A stretch of 64,000 nucleotides of DNA from Vallitaleaceae bacterium (GCA_028277605.1 JANQFZ010000027.1:235-64234), one strand, 5' to 3'. Numbered from the stretch's first letter, positions 19,633 to 30,736 are shown. Numbers and translations: made by a program. Notes: a model not told the origin generated them from the letters alone.

Positions 19633-20151
19633 TTAATGAGCAAGGTATTTTATTAAATATTTGACAGCTACCCCTGTAATAACACCCGTGACTATACCTG
19701 AAACTGCTAATATTGGAAAGTACGAAAGTGCTACACTTACTTGGGTGATAATCGCTACAACCATAAGTTGTCCAATATTATGAAAAACCGATCCTACAAC
19801 ACTTATACCTATAGGACTCATTTTATTGTTAGCAAAACGAATAAGTAAAAACATGACAATTAAGCTCATCAACCCACCAGAAAGACTATAAAAAAATGAA
19901 ATAGGAGATGTGAATAAGGAGCCTAAACCAATGCGTAGTATACTTAGCAGCAAAACTTCACCAAAGCTAAAAAAATATAAACTGCATAATATGACAACAT
20001 TAGCTAATCCAAGTTTAACCCCAGGAAAGGTAAAATGAATCGGAATCATCGCTTCATAAAAGCTTAAAACAAGTGCGAGGGCTGCTAAAATAGAGATAAA
20101 TACTAATCTTTGAACCTTAGTCATTTGGGATAATTTATTCCGAAATTGCAT
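19633..20151 (-). CDS. Gx transporter family membrane protein (heptaprenyl-PP synthase component I-like)
   Basis: 172 aa, 5 TM. Overlaps and follows a NusG_II-like gene, a pairing I recall as common in Firmicutes. Confidence 0.55.
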   Translation of the reverse strand: MQFRNKLSQMTKVQRLVFISILAALALVLSFYEAMIPIHFTFPGVKLGLANVVILCSLYFFSFGEVLLLSILRIGLGSLFTSPISFFYSLSGGLMSLIVMFLLIRFANNKMSPIGISVVGSVFHNIGQLMVVAIITQVSVALSYFPILAVSGIVTGVITGVAVKYLIKYLAH

Positions 20152-20515
20152 CTAGATCCTCTCCCTCATTATCATCTCCCACAATCTGTACATAGACTTG
20201 ATGCGGTAAACACACAATAGTGCTTCCCGGTTTATGAATATGTCCAGTTTTCATACAGATTTTATTTGGACAATTGGATTCCTTCATAACAACCGATTGA
20301 TTCTCTATTTTAACAACATTGATACCACCGTCTGTTTCAATGACCACTTCTTTATCTATGTTTAATGGACTGCGATCATATAATTCATTGTTCACATAGA
20401 TTTCCACATATAATTTATTGTTCTCATCAACTCTGTTTTGCCATTGTTGAGTAAAATATATTATTACCGCTAAGACTAGGATAGCACCAATAATAATTCC
20501 ATCATTTTTTTTCAT
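20135..20515 (-). CDS. NusG domain II-like membrane-anchored protein
   Basis: 126 aa with an N-terminal TM and a beta-rich domain containing CPNKIC..C. Confidence 0.5.
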   Translation of the reverse strand: MKKNDGIIIGAILVLAVIIYFTQQWQNRVDENNKLYVEIYVNNELYDRSPLNIDKEVVIETDGGINVVKIENQSVVMKESNCPNKICMKTGHIHKPGSTIVCLPHQVYVQIVGDDNEGEDLDAISE

Positions 20516-20706
20516 GACTTCACCTATTCATTCCTGAATTATTTATTGCAAAAACATAAGTTATTCTATAAAAGAATAACTAAATATTACGCCAGCACAT
20601 TATTATTATATACATCTTAGACCAAAAACATCAGCCCTATAAGTCTATGATGAAATCACTAAGATATTGCCATAGTTAAGTATTATAAACACTATCCTAT
20701 ACCATT

Positions 20707-21630
20707 CTAAAAAACTGTTTTTATCCAGTTTAAAATAAATTGATAAACCTCCAATCGATTTATTTCATTAATCAGCTCATGTCTGCCTTCTCTAAAAAGC
20801 ATTAAGGTTACATTACAGCCAGCTGTTTTGTACTTATTATAGACATTTTGCACCCCTTTGCCAAAGTCTCCAACTGGATCTCTATCTCCTGATATTATTA
20901 ATAAAGGTAAGGTATTAGGTACTTGTTTCCAATGTCTTTTTTTTGATATTAATACCATGCCTGTAAATAAATCCACATAAAAACCTGCCGTGCAATTGAA
21001 ACCACATCTTTTATCCTTTATATATAAATCTACCTGCTTTGGATCTCGGCTTAACCAATCATAATCCGTTCGATTAGGTTTGAAATTCTTATTGAAAGCA
21101 CCAAAAACGAGATGATTCAACAATTCACTTCTATACCGCTTTCCTTTTATCATAGCTATCGTTTTAGATACACCTAAAGCCACCTTACCTAAAGCCCCAT
21201 TAGAATCACCAGTTCCAGATATAATTGCTCCTTTTACGGAAGAACCATGGAGCTGAATGTATCTTCGAGTGATAAAAGATCCCATACTATGTCCAAAGAT
21301 AAGTATTGCTTTATTAGGCTCCCTCTTTTTAATCCATTCATTAACTTTTTTCACATCTTCTACAACCGTATTAAACCCCTCATGGTCACAAAAAAAACCT
21401 AAATCTTCTTTATTTTTGATACTTTGTCCATGCCCTCTATGATCATGAGCATAAACCGCATAATTCTGTTCCACAAGAGCTTTAGCAAAGCTCTTGTATC
21501 TAACACTGTGTTCAACCATACCATGAATAATATGAATAATACCTTTTATACAATCCTGATCGGGTTTCCAAGAGATAACAAATATCTTATGATCGTACAA
21601 TCCATCTACACTATACGTTTTTTCTATCAT
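20707..21630 (-). CDS. Alpha/beta hydrolase (lysophospholipase / monoacylglycerol lipase-like)
   Basis: 307 aa with HGMVEH, nucleophile elbow GHSMGS, and a C-terminal D and H (GDRDP, GRHE). Confidence 0.75.
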   Translation of the reverse strand: MIEKTYSVDGLYDHKIFVISWKPDQDCIKGIIHIIHGMVEHSVRYKSFAKALVEQNYAVYAHDHRGHGQSIKNKEDLGFFCDHEGFNTVVEDVKKVNEWIKKREPNKAILIFGHSMGSFITRRYIQLHGSSVKGAIISGTGDSNGALGKVALGVSKTIAMIKGKRYRSELLNHLVFGAFNKNFKPNRTDYDWLSRDPKQVDLYIKDKRCGFNCTAGFYVDLFTGMVLISKKRHWKQVPNTLPLLIISGDRDPVGDFGKGVQNVYNKYKTAGCNVTLMLFREGRHELINEINRLEVYQFILNWIKTVF

Positions 21631-21683
21631 TTTTATCCTCTGCTATTCTTATTGATGTCTATAGCTTTATAAGCTATTATGTC

Positions 21684-23426
21684 TTAATTTTCTTTGGTAT
21701 CTGTACTATCTTCTTCAGCTTGGGTTTGTTCCATTTCTGTTAGCTGTTGCTCGTCAGATTGATTTTTTGTATCAGATACGGTAGTAAAAGCTTTTAGACA
21801 AATATTGCTTTTTAGCTCTTCTTCTGTTCTTTGCCAATGTGAACCATCAGAACTAATATAACCTTCACCGTCATCTATGACCACATCACCAAGCCACTCT
21901 TCTTCTCTAGCAAATTCTGCTGCAACGGGATACTCACTGTTTGGTGTTATGATTTTAACAACAACTGCAAACTTGGAATTTGCTTTCAATGGAATAGGTT
22001 CCTCTAGATCAATCGTATAATACCCTTTATAGCGGAGCTCTCCAGATGTTAAGGATACTTTCTTATCAAAATCCTCTATTGTATCAAAATCTTCTACTAC
22101 AAAAACTTCGTAGTGTGAATTTTCATCTGTGGTATAAAAACTTACAGCTTTTAGCAGCTCTTCTATATCCGAAGTTTCATAGACATTGGAAAAGTAAGCT
22201 TTGTTATCTTTATAGCCTATGCGTCCTATGACACCTAGCCAGTCTGTTTGATAAATCTTATCATATTTACCCTTATCTTCAATTTTACTATAGACAATAT
22301 TATAATCTCCTACATAGGTATCATGATAAGAAACATAGATATAACCCATTTCTCCATATTTCGTACCATAGCTGTTTTTACAGATAAAAGCGCCATCTTC
22401 AGGTGGTTCATGAACAAAATTTTCTTTGGGGTATGTATCATCCCAGCCAACAATAACAACATCATGATTAACTGGTTGAAAACCCGAGTAGTAATAAGCA
22501 TAGGTATTATGGTTATAGTACTTATTATGCTCGATTTGATGCAGACTATCAAGATATAAGGAAGTCTGTACCCCACCATATTGAATAACAGTTTTCTTAA
22601 TAGCATTGTAATCCTTAGATGGAATCATCAGTGCTTCTTGCAAGTGTTTTGGTGATTGAAGCTCCTCAACCGCCACGCCATCATAAACATCCTCTTTTTC
22701 CAAAACAGGTCCAGACCATCTTGCAAAGTAGCTTAATGCAAAGTTAAAATCTCCACCTTCATCTGGTCCTAGGTTATACCCGTGCAATAAGCTTAAATTA
22801 TCCTCTGAGAAATCATAGACTTCATCAGGCATAAGGGTGGATTCAAACGCACCTATAGAAGCAAATGCCCAGCATGTACCTCTATCCATCTGATCTTTAA
22901 CAGATGTAACTCTCAGCTCTGTTCTTAAATCATATTTCTCAGGCAGCTGCTTAATAAGAGAGGATATTCTAGTATTGATAATAACCGCTTTTTTTTGTGC
23001 ATCCCATTCCACTTGGCAGCCAAAAGACTCCATAACAATTCTTATCGGTAAATAGGTTCTCTGATTTACCACTACTGCATAAGTGTCGTTCTCTACTTTT
23101 TTTTCGTTTTTATAAATATATTTTTCACCGATTGGAACTGTAATCATAATATTATCTTTGATTGCGTAAGCTGTTTTGGTTTTATCATTCCATTGTACCT
23201 CAGCACCAAAGAATTCTAAGGTTTTTCTAAAAGGCACCAAAGTTCTATTATCATCATTGATGAAAGGATACCCATAATCTTCATTGTATTCAATAATCTT
23301 ATCATCCAATATAATTTGAATCGTCTGATTGGACTGGGTATCAGAGTTCTTTTGTGCATAAGCCTGCTTAGGCAGAAAACAGATGAATAGAATAAATGTC
23401 ATAACAATTAGTTTTGATTTTTTCAA
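21684..23426 (-). CDS. Secreted papain-family (C1) cysteine peptidase with an N-terminal copper-amine-oxidase-like domain
   Basis: 580 aa with a signal peptide, catalytic Cys context DRGTCWAFASIGAFES, a His region NHDVVIVGWD, and a beta-rich C-terminal domain. Confidence 0.75.
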   Translation of the reverse strand: MKKSKLIVMTFILFICFLPKQAYAQKNSDTQSNQTIQIILDDKIIEYNEDYGYPFINDDNRTLVPFRKTLEFFGAEVQWNDKTKTAYAIKDNIMITVPIGEKYIYKNEKKVENDTYAVVVNQRTYLPIRIVMESFGCQVEWDAQKKAVIINTRISSLIKQLPEKYDLRTELRVTSVKDQMDRGTCWAFASIGAFESTLMPDEVYDFSEDNLSLLHGYNLGPDEGGDFNFALSYFARWSGPVLEKEDVYDGVAVEELQSPKHLQEALMIPSKDYNAIKKTVIQYGGVQTSLYLDSLHQIEHNKYYNHNTYAYYYSGFQPVNHDVVIVGWDDTYPKENFVHEPPEDGAFICKNSYGTKYGEMGYIYVSYHDTYVGDYNIVYSKIEDKGKYDKIYQTDWLGVIGRIGYKDNKAYFSNVYETSDIEELLKAVSFYTTDENSHYEVFVVEDFDTIEDFDKKVSLTSGELRYKGYYTIDLEEPIPLKANSKFAVVVKIITPNSEYPVAAEFAREEEWLGDVVIDDGEGYISSDGSHWQRTEEELKSNICLKAFTTVSDTKNQSDEQQLTEMEQTQAEEDSTDTKEN

Positions 23427-23453
23427 ATGAACAACCCTCTCTTTTCCTTAGTT

Positions 23454-24596
23454 TTAATTTCTTGGTGGTTTTGGTCCATAATATTGATATAAGTTGGCTT
23501 TCATCATGCCATTATATAGTTTCCTTTTCTTAGAAGACTTTTTCCCAAAGTACCGTTCAAAATCTTCAAAGGCTGTAATGATAAAATAAGACCAGCTATC
23601 TAAGTTTAGAAAAGCACGTCCCATGTCTTGATAGAGTTTTATTACGGATTCCTTATCCTCAAGTCTTTCCCCATAAGGTGGATTGGTAATAATAAAACCA
23701 TATTTTTTAAGGCTGCTGAAATCTTGAATAGAACGCTGCTGAAAATGAATCTGCTCATCCACAGCTGCTCTCTTAGCATTTTCTCTTGCCGCTCTAAGAA
23801 TACTATCATCTATATCATACCCTTGTATGGTAAGCTTAGAATGTCTATCCCTAATATCATTCGCCTCTTCAAGCGCATTATTCCACAGCTTTTTTGGTAT
23901 GCTTTTTGTCCATTGCATTGCTGTAAAACTTCTGTTTAATCCGGGTGCTATTTTTAAGCCTATGAGAGCCGCTTCTATTGGAATTGTGCCACTACCGCAT
24001 AATGGATCGACTAACAGCCTATCCTTCTGCCATGGTGTCAATTGAACAAGTGCTGCCGCTAATGTTTCACTTAAAGGCGCTTTACTTGTTAACTGTCGAT
24101 ACCCTCTTCTATGCAATGAATCACCCGTAGTATCTATTCCAATACTGACTTGATCCTTTTTGATAAATACTCTTATAGGATAGTCTTCTTCACTTTCTTC
24201 AAACCACGATAAAGAGTAAACCGATTTTAGCCTTTCCACTATTGCTTTTTTAACAATAGATTGAATATCAGAAGCACTAAATAACTGAGACTTGATCGAA
24301 GATGCTTTTTTTACCCAAAAGCGCCCTTTCTTAGGTATCCATTTTTCCCAAGGTATTTTTTTCGTATTTTCAAATAGAGCATCAAAGCTTTTGGCTTCAA
24401 ATGCACCCATATTAACGAGAACGCGTTCAGCAGTTCTTAACCATAAATTAGAACGGCAAATACCTAACTCATCTGTTCTATAAGTTATCCTCCCATCTTC
24501 AACAGATTCTATGTCATACCCTAACTGCTTTATTTCATTTTTTAATAGTGATTCCAAACCAAAAAGGCATGGGGTGGTCAGTAAAATTTTAGCCAT
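23454..24596 (-). CDS. THUMP-domain class I SAM-dependent RNA methyltransferase (RlmL/YpsC-like)
   Basis: 380 aa with SAM motif DPLCGSGT and catalytic NPPYGERL. Confidence 0.8.
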   Translation of the reverse strand: MAKILLTTPCLFGLESLLKNEIKQLGYDIESVEDGRITYRTDELGICRSNLWLRTAERVLVNMGAFEAKSFDALFENTKKIPWEKWIPKKGRFWVKKASSIKSQLFSASDIQSIVKKAIVERLKSVYSLSWFEESEEDYPIRVFIKKDQVSIGIDTTGDSLHRRGYRQLTSKAPLSETLAAALVQLTPWQKDRLLVDPLCGSGTIPIEAALIGLKIAPGLNRSFTAMQWTKSIPKKLWNNALEEANDIRDRHSKLTIQGYDIDDSILRAARENAKRAAVDEQIHFQQRSIQDFSSLKKYGFIITNPPYGERLEDKESVIKLYQDMGRAFLNLDSWSYFIITAFEDFERYFGKKSSKKRKLYNGMMKANLYQYYGPKPPRN

Positions 24597-25047
24597 AAGT
24601 TACTCCTTATCTATTTCTATAATTTCATGCTTACTACCTTCAGCTAATACAGCTAACAACATAAATTTCTCTAAAAAAACAACCCCTCAACCAATAAAAT
24701 ATGGTATTGAGTCGTTTCTTATAATTATAAGGTAATATATGTAATTTAACAATAATTGAATGATTAAATTTATATTACTTTCCTATTTCAAATCTATCAC
24801 TTAATTATTACTGAAAAACACAAAACAGTAAACCTAGTTCTCATTAAGTAATTAACTCCTAGACTATTAAACTTTCCTATAGAGAACATTATTATTCCTT
24901 AATCCTGCCGTAAGTTTCATAGAATATTTATTATTTCTTATAAATCATGAGAAATCTCACGTCTTGCTTTATAGTTAAAAGCATATATTGATATACTCTG
25001 TAATGTATGGTACCATAACAATGACTTCGAAAAAAAGGAGTAATTAT

Positions 25048-25848
25048 ATGGAAACAAACTATCGACCTAATTTTTTTGTAAAACTATGGAAAAGTATTGT
25101 AGACTTTCGTTTTTATTCAATCATCACTCAGCAATCATTAGGTAAAGCCTTTAGCTACTTAATTATATTTTCTATTCTCATTGGCGTTATTTCTGGTGGC
25201 TTGATTGCTTGGCGATATGGGATATTAATGAAAGATACCGTTCGCTTTATTCAATCTGAAGAAATGCCGCCTTTTGAATTACGAGATGGAGAATTCGTCA
25301 TTGATATCGATGAGCCTATTGTTGTAGAAGATAGCGGCATGATTATGATCGTTGACAATCAACAGCAGTATTCGTATAACGATATTGTTGGTTACTTACA
25401 AGGTATATTGATAACAGAAAAATATATGATTGTTTCTAGAATTGGCTCACAACCAGTTACCTTAAATTTTAAAGATCTGAATAGCTTATCTTTTAATAAC
25501 AATAGCTTGGCTGGTTTTTTAAATGATATTTCTCAAATCGTAAGCATTATAATTTTATTACTTGTTATCATAGGGACACTCTTATTAAAATTATTCCAAA
25601 GTTTAATGGTGAGTATAGCGGGACTGATTATTAACTCCGTTTTGAGAACCAAAATGGCTTATGAAACCTTGTATAAAATTGGTATATATACATTAACCTT
25701 ACCCTCAACTATTATACTGTTGTGTAGTGTTTTTAATATATATTTGACCTCTATGATGAAAGTATTGATTTATAGTTTTTTAGTGTGTATTTATATGGTT
25801 AAAGTATTAAACACTATAAAACAGGACATGCCTGATTCTTTACAATAA
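25048..25848 (+). CDS. Multi-pass membrane protein (DUF1189-like)
   Basis: The ATG at 25048 follows AGGAG. N-terminus METNYRPNFFVKLWKS, and several TM segments flank a soluble loop. Confidence 0.5.
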   Translation: METNYRPNFFVKLWKSIVDFRFYSIITQQSLGKAFSYLIIFSILIGVISGGLIAWRYGILMKDTVRFIQSEEMPPFELRDGEFVIDIDEPIVVEDSGMIMIVDNQQQYSYNDIVGYLQGILITEKYMIVSRIGSQPVTLNFKDLNSLSFNNNSLAGFLNDISQIVSIIILLLVIIGTLLLKLFQSLMVSIAGLIINSVLRTKMAYETLYKIGIYTLTLPSTIILLCSVFNIYLTSMMKVLIYSFLVCIYMVKVLNTIKQDMPDSLQ

Positions 25849-25922
25849 TCAACAATAAAGAATGCCCTATCTAACGATAAGACACACAGTCTATTATCAC
25901 CTTGGATAGGGCATCTTAATAT

Positions 25923-26465
25923 TTAGAGCGTTATGCTTTTAATCACTCCACCTTCAAAATCTTTTATAGTAAAGGTATCCTGTTCCATAATACCATATGA
26001 ATTGGCAAATCCACCTTTTGGAAGTGCAATGGAGCCAGGGTTAAGTATATAGATATCATTGACCTTATCTGCTACAGGTATATGGGTATGTCCCTGAATA
26101 AATATGTCACCTTTTCTTAAACTGGGTAAATGCTCTGCATGATAGATGTGTCCATGAGATGCAAAAATTCTTCTATTATTATAAAACAACACCATATAAT
26201 CTGCCATCATAGGAAACTGTAAAAGCATTTGGTCGACTTCACTATCGCAATTACCTCTAATCCCTACGATCTGATCTGCATACCCATTGAGACACTCTGC
26301 AACTTCTTTTGGATTGTACCCTTCTGGCAAAGAATTTCTAGGACCATGATATAAAAAATCTCCTAATAAAACTAAAGAATCCGCCTGTTCCTCTTTGTAC
26401 TTTTCTAATGCTTTTTTTAAGTAAAAGCTTGAACCATGAATATCAGCAACAAAAAATAATTTCAT
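25923..26465 (-). CDS. Phosphodiesterase, YfcE-type metallophosphoesterase
   Basis: Motifs ADIHG, LGDF, GNCD, SHGH and GHTH. Confidence 0.75.
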   Translation of the reverse strand: MKLFFVADIHGSSFYLKKALEKYKEEQADSLVLLGDFLYHGPRNSLPEGYNPKEVAECLNGYADQIVGIRGNCDSEVDQMLLQFPMMADYMVLFYNNRRIFASHGHIYHAEHLPSLRKGDIFIQGHTHIPVADKVNDIYILNPGSIALPKGGFANSYGIMEQDTFTIKDFEGGVIKSITL

Positions 26466-26736
26466 ATATGTTCACTTCCTTATTTTATTATGACAGTCCT
26501 TGGACTTATTATTTTTACAAGCATAGATACATTGGCTACTAATACACCCAATAGACGTACTATAACTATACCATTTGTTTCCATATGTGACAACCAATTA
26601 GCTAAAGCTATGACAATCTATGCCAGTTTCTTACAATAGAGAGAGCAATCACTGATAATATCTTGCAAAAAACTGCTATTTATGCTATTTTTATGTTAGT
26701 CTTATAAATATTGATTGCCCTTATTAGGAGGACGAC

Positions 26737-27216
26737 ATGGATACATATTTTGTTATTATATTCTCTATCTTATTTATTTTTATCGGCTTAATCTTATTAG
26801 CTAATAATACACTGAATAGTATCATTGTGAAAAAACTTTTCAACAACACAGCTATAGCTAAATTTCTAACACGGCTTATGGGTGTTTGTTTAATTGCTAG
26901 TACTCTATTTTTAATTACAGAACAGCCAACTATTGCATTTAGTATTGTATTCTTTGTAATACTTTTATTCTGTTTTATGACTATAAAAGGTAAAGACAGC
27001 CAAAAGAAAATGATTAATGAAAAAAAAGAAGAAATGTTGCGATCGCATCAGTTAGAAATTGCAGAGAAAAAAGCTAAAATTAATGCACTTAGAGAAAAAG
27101 TAGCACAGGATAATTCTCCTACAACAATGAATAGAATCTCTTATAAGAAAAAGAAGGCTTGGAATGACGGCTCTCTAACTAATAAGGAATTAATTGAAAA
27201 ATTCAAGTCCAAATAA
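26737..27216 (+). CDS. Hypothetical membrane protein with a Lys-rich coiled C-terminus
   Basis: 159 aa with 3 predicted TM segments. GGAGG RBS before the ATG. Confidence 0.4.
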   Translation: MDTYFVIIFSILFIFIGLILLANNTLNSIIVKKLFNNTAIAKFLTRLMGVCLIASTLFLITEQPTIAFSIVFFVILLFCFMTIKGKDSQKKMINEKKEEMLRSHQLEIAEKKAKINALREKVAQDNSPTTMNRISYKKKKAWNDGSLTNKELIEKFKSK

Positions 27217-27323
27217 CGCCTTTATATATAAGTGGTATAAGCTAATTTAGATCTGATATAGTATAATAGACTATAAAATAATGGTAAAAATAGGATTGCC
27301 CTTTGGGCAATCCTTATCTGTAA

Positions 27324-28082
27324 TTAGCGTAATGCTTCGTCATTTGTTTCTACTGTATAGTTATTCCTTAGTTCATCTACTTTTGCTCTGTACACATTGG
27401 TCTGCTTTTGTGTGACTATTTGCTGTCTAATTGATTCCTTGACTTTATCATAGGATTGGATTTCTGGGTACTTGTGATCCACAACTAAAATAATATGATA
27501 TCCAAATTGTGTTTTAACTAGATCACTTATCTCTCCAACCTTTAGACTAAAAGCAGCCTTTTCAAACTCAGGAACCATTCTACCTTTACTAAAATAGCCT
27601 AGGTCTCCACCACTTTCTTTAGATGGGCAGGTTGAATACTGCTTTGCAGCTTCTTCAAAAACCAATCCTTGCTTGATTTTTTCCAATACATCTTTAGCAG
27701 TAGCTTCATCTCGAATAAGAATATGCTTTGCATTCATTTGTTCTTGAGAAACAAAAGATTTCTTATTCTGATCATAATAATCTTGAATTTCTTTTTCTTC
27801 TACTTGTATAGTTTCAAGCAGCTTTTGAATAGCATATCTCTGCAATAGATTATGCTTTGCTTCTTCCATTATTTTGTTAAATTCATCTGTGTCTTCTAGG
27901 TTATTTTCCTTTGCTTCTAAATAAAAAAGTTCACCTGCTACCATTTCCTCTAGTAATTTCTTTCTTCCTTCAAAAGTATCCATTTCTTTTTTCTGCTGGG
28001 GTGGCAACGTCTGTATGGTTTGAGCCAATCGTTGTCTTGTAATCATTATATCTTCTACTTTTGCTACTATCATTTCGTTCAT
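27324..28082 (-). CDS. Parvulin-type peptidyl-prolyl isomerase (PrsA/SurA-like, no obvious signal peptide)
   Basis: PPIC rotamase core (HILI..SGGDLGYF..FGYHIILV). Confidence 0.75.
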   Translation of the reverse strand: MNEMIVAKVEDIMITRQRLAQTIQTLPPQQKKEMDTFEGRKKLLEEMVAGELFYLEAKENNLEDTDEFNKIMEEAKHNLLQRYAIQKLLETIQVEEKEIQDYYDQNKKSFVSQEQMNAKHILIRDEATAKDVLEKIKQGLVFEEAAKQYSTCPSKESGGDLGYFSKGRMVPEFEKAAFSLKVGEISDLVKTQFGYHIILVVDHKYPEIQSYDKVKESIRQQIVTQKQTNVYRAKVDELRNNYTVETNDEALR

Positions 28083-28145
28083 ATACTATCTCCTATACTT
28101 TTATTCATCTTTCATCTTACATGAGTGCCTCCTAAATTTCAATCT

Positions 28146-28853
28146 TTATTTAAAAAATTTCTTTTTAGTTTTATAAGCTATCCTTGACTCAGTGTAGAAG
28201 TGATTGAGTTTTCTTAAGTTTATTACCCATAAAAAAATAACAAATGGAATAAATAAAACAATTAAAATTTGTAATTCCGACATTAAAATAAAATTATACG
28301 CTCCATGTAGTAATATAGGGCTTATTAAAGATTTCCTCCAATATATCTTTCTCTTTTCTTCATCTGGTGCATATTTTGCTAATGATAAATAATAACCCAT
28401 AGTTACTGCAAAAAGCATATGTGCAGGCACAGAAAATATAGCTCTTTGAAAACCAATGGTAGCTTCAGCACTATATCTAAAAACCACATAGATAATATTT
28501 TCTACTGTTGCAAAACCTAATGAGGCAAATACAGCATAGACAATTCCATCTAATTTTTCATTGAATGCAGAATGCTTGAAAGCAAATAGTATTACTATCA
28601 ATCGTTTAAAATACTCTTCTGAAAAACCAGCAACAATAAAAGCCGTGTAAGCAGCTGATACTATACCAGAAAAAATATTAAAGCTTTGTAGCAATTTTTC
28701 TAGGTAATAAATTGGAATAGTAATTAGAGCACCGCCTACAAATACTTTTACTAATAGTTTAACCGGTTCTTTATCGTACCTATCAGCTAAATAGATTGCT
28801 AAAGCTAATGCTATCCCAGGTGTAATTGCTGTCATAATTAAATCTATAGACAC
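28146..28853 (-). CDS. PrsW-family intramembrane glutamic/metalloprotease
   Basis: 235 aa, multi-TM, with motifs FSEEYFKR and HGAYNF. Confidence 0.65.
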   Translation of the reverse strand: MSIDLIMTAITPGIALALAIYLADRYDKEPVKLLVKVFVGGALITIPIYYLEKLLQSFNIFSGIVSAAYTAFIVAGFSEEYFKRLIVILFAFKHSAFNEKLDGIVYAVFASLGFATVENIIYVVFRYSAEATIGFQRAIFSVPAHMLFAVTMGYYLSLAKYAPDEEKRKIYWRKSLISPILLHGAYNFILMSELQILIVLFIPFVIFLWVINLRKLNHFYTESRIAYKTKKKFFK

Positions 28854-29113
28854 ATAGAATACCTCCTATACTAATGAACTAAACTTTTAGCTCTGTGTAA
28901 GCCTATAACCTTATTTTGTCTAAAACACAGCTAAATTATTAGAATTGGATTAATCTATGCTTTGTTACATTGTGTATCGTTTGAAAATATACTATAATAA
29001 AGTTAACAAAGCCCATTATTTATCTAATAAACGTTTAATTTATTATGATAAAATTAAGATATAGTGATGGAAATTAGAACAATTCAATAATGGAATAAAA
29101 AGGAAGTGATTGA

Positions 29114-29527
29114 ATGGCAAAAAAACTGTATCGTTCAAGAAACAATCAAGTGTTAGCTGGTGTATGTGGCGGACTTGCTGAGTATGTCAATATGGATCCT
29201 ACAATTATTAGGGTATTATGGGCAATTTTTGTTTTTTTTGGCGGCTCTGGTGTATTAGCATACATTATTTGTGCTATTATTATTCCTCAAAGTCCACAAG
29301 GTTATGAAAGTGATTCAGAGCATTATACAATATACGATAGAGATGGTCATCAGATTAATAATGAAAGCAATGCATCGTCTAGAATGACCCTAGGGATTAT
29401 ACTCATAGTTGTTGGTGTTTTGTTTTTTATAAGTAGATTTTTTAGATGGATTAGTATAGGTCAACTATGGCCAGTAGCTATTATAGGTATTGGACTATTA
29501 ATTCTATTTTCTGGAAGGAAAAGTTAA
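29114..29527 (+). CDS. PspC-domain membrane protein
   Basis: N-terminal LYRSRNNQVLAGVCGGLAEYVNMDPTIIRVLW followed by TM segments. Confidence 0.75.
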   Translation: MAKKLYRSRNNQVLAGVCGGLAEYVNMDPTIIRVLWAIFVFFGGSGVLAYIICAIIIPQSPQGYESDSEHYTIYDRDGHQINNESNASSRMTLGIILIVVGVLFFISRFFRWISIGQLWPVAIIGIGLLILFSGRKS

Positions 29528-29575
29528 ACTGGGGTTTATAAAAAAAAGAACAAATAACAAGAGGGAGAATAACAA

Positions 29576-30622
29576 ATGAATATTTCTACTGAGAGATTTG
29601 GAAAAACTAAGTATAATGAAGAAGTCATAAAATATAGTCTTAAGAATGATAAAGGATGTTATGTCAGTATATTGAATTATGGTGGTACGATTACAGAAAT
29701 TGTTGTACCCGATAAAGAAGGCATATTAGAAAATGTTGTCTTAGGTCTTAACACGATTCAAGCATATGAAGAGCAATCCCCCTATTTTGGATCACTTGTT
29801 GGAAGAATGGCTGGTCGAATATCTCATGCTCAATTTAAGATAGACGATAATACCTATTCATTAGCAAAAAATAATAATGGTCACAATTTACATGGCGGCA
29901 TACAAGGCTTTGATAAAGTCATCTGGGATGCCGAAGGTTCTGTCAATGAAAATGAGGCCACTTTATCCCTGCATTATATAAGCGAAGATGGCGAGGAAGG
30001 ATTTCCAGGTAATTTAGATGTTATCGTTCGTTATACTTTTAATAACAGTAATACACTTTTAATTAGCTATGAAGCTATAACTGACAAAAAAACACTTGTT
30101 AATTTAACCAATCATAGCTATTTTAATCTTTCTGGAAACTATAAGAGAGACATTTTAGATCATGTCTTAACCATTTATGCTAATGAGTTTGGCTGTATCA
30201 ACAACGAAGTGGTTCCAACAGGTATCAAAAGGGTTAAAGACACGCCTTTTGATTTTACTAAGTCTAAACGAGTTGGAGAAGCTATAGATTCAGACGATGA
30301 GCAGATACGCTATGGTGGCGGCTACGATCACCCCTTCCTATTAGATACCAATGCCTGTTATGCTGCTATTCTTGAAGATAATGAAAGTGGGAGAAGATTA
30401 GAAATAGAAACCGATCAAAAAAGTGTTGTTTTCTACTCTGGCAATTTTATTGATAATGAAATGACTCTTATTGGTGGAAAAAAAGGTGAGAATCGATTAG
30501 GTCTTTGTTTAGAGACTCAATACTATCCAGATGCAGTGAATCAAGAATGCTTTGATACTTACATATTAAAGCCTGAGGGTGTTTATACTGCTTTTACTAA
30601 ATATTCCTTTAAAACGAATTGA
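29576..30622 (+). CDS. galM: Aldose 1-epimerase (galactose mutarotase)
   Basis: 348 aa with motifs NNGHNLHGG, TNHSYFNL and LCLETQ. Confidence 0.85.
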   Translation: MNISTERFGKTKYNEEVIKYSLKNDKGCYVSILNYGGTITEIVVPDKEGILENVVLGLNTIQAYEEQSPYFGSLVGRMAGRISHAQFKIDDNTYSLAKNNNGHNLHGGIQGFDKVIWDAEGSVNENEATLSLHYISEDGEEGFPGNLDVIVRYTFNNSNTLLISYEAITDKKTLVNLTNHSYFNLSGNYKRDILDHVLTIYANEFGCINNEVVPTGIKRVKDTPFDFTKSKRVGEAIDSDDEQIRYGGGYDHPFLLDTNACYAAILEDNESGRRLEIETDQKSVVFYSGNFIDNEMTLIGGKKGENRLGLCLETQYYPDAVNQECFDTYILKPEGVYTAFTKYSFKTN

Positions 30623-30704
30623 GTAAAGATATTTTTTAAGAGTAGAAACTAAAAACAAAGATAATATGTAAGCCATTAGAATTCTGGCTATGCTAAAGAT
30701 TATT

Positions 30705-30736
30705 TAGATTACCTTAAGTGGGTAATCTATTTTTTT
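30705..30736 (+). terminator. Rho-independent terminator after galM
   Basis: TAGATTACC-loop-GGTAATCTA followed by a T7 run. Confidence 0.6.

Noticed and set aside
29576-30622. galM as the sulfoquinovose mutarotase of the sulfoglycolysis cluster
   Set aside because: It lies 16 kb away on the opposite strand in an unrelated context, with no shared operator motif. It is most simply a general aldose 1-epimerase.
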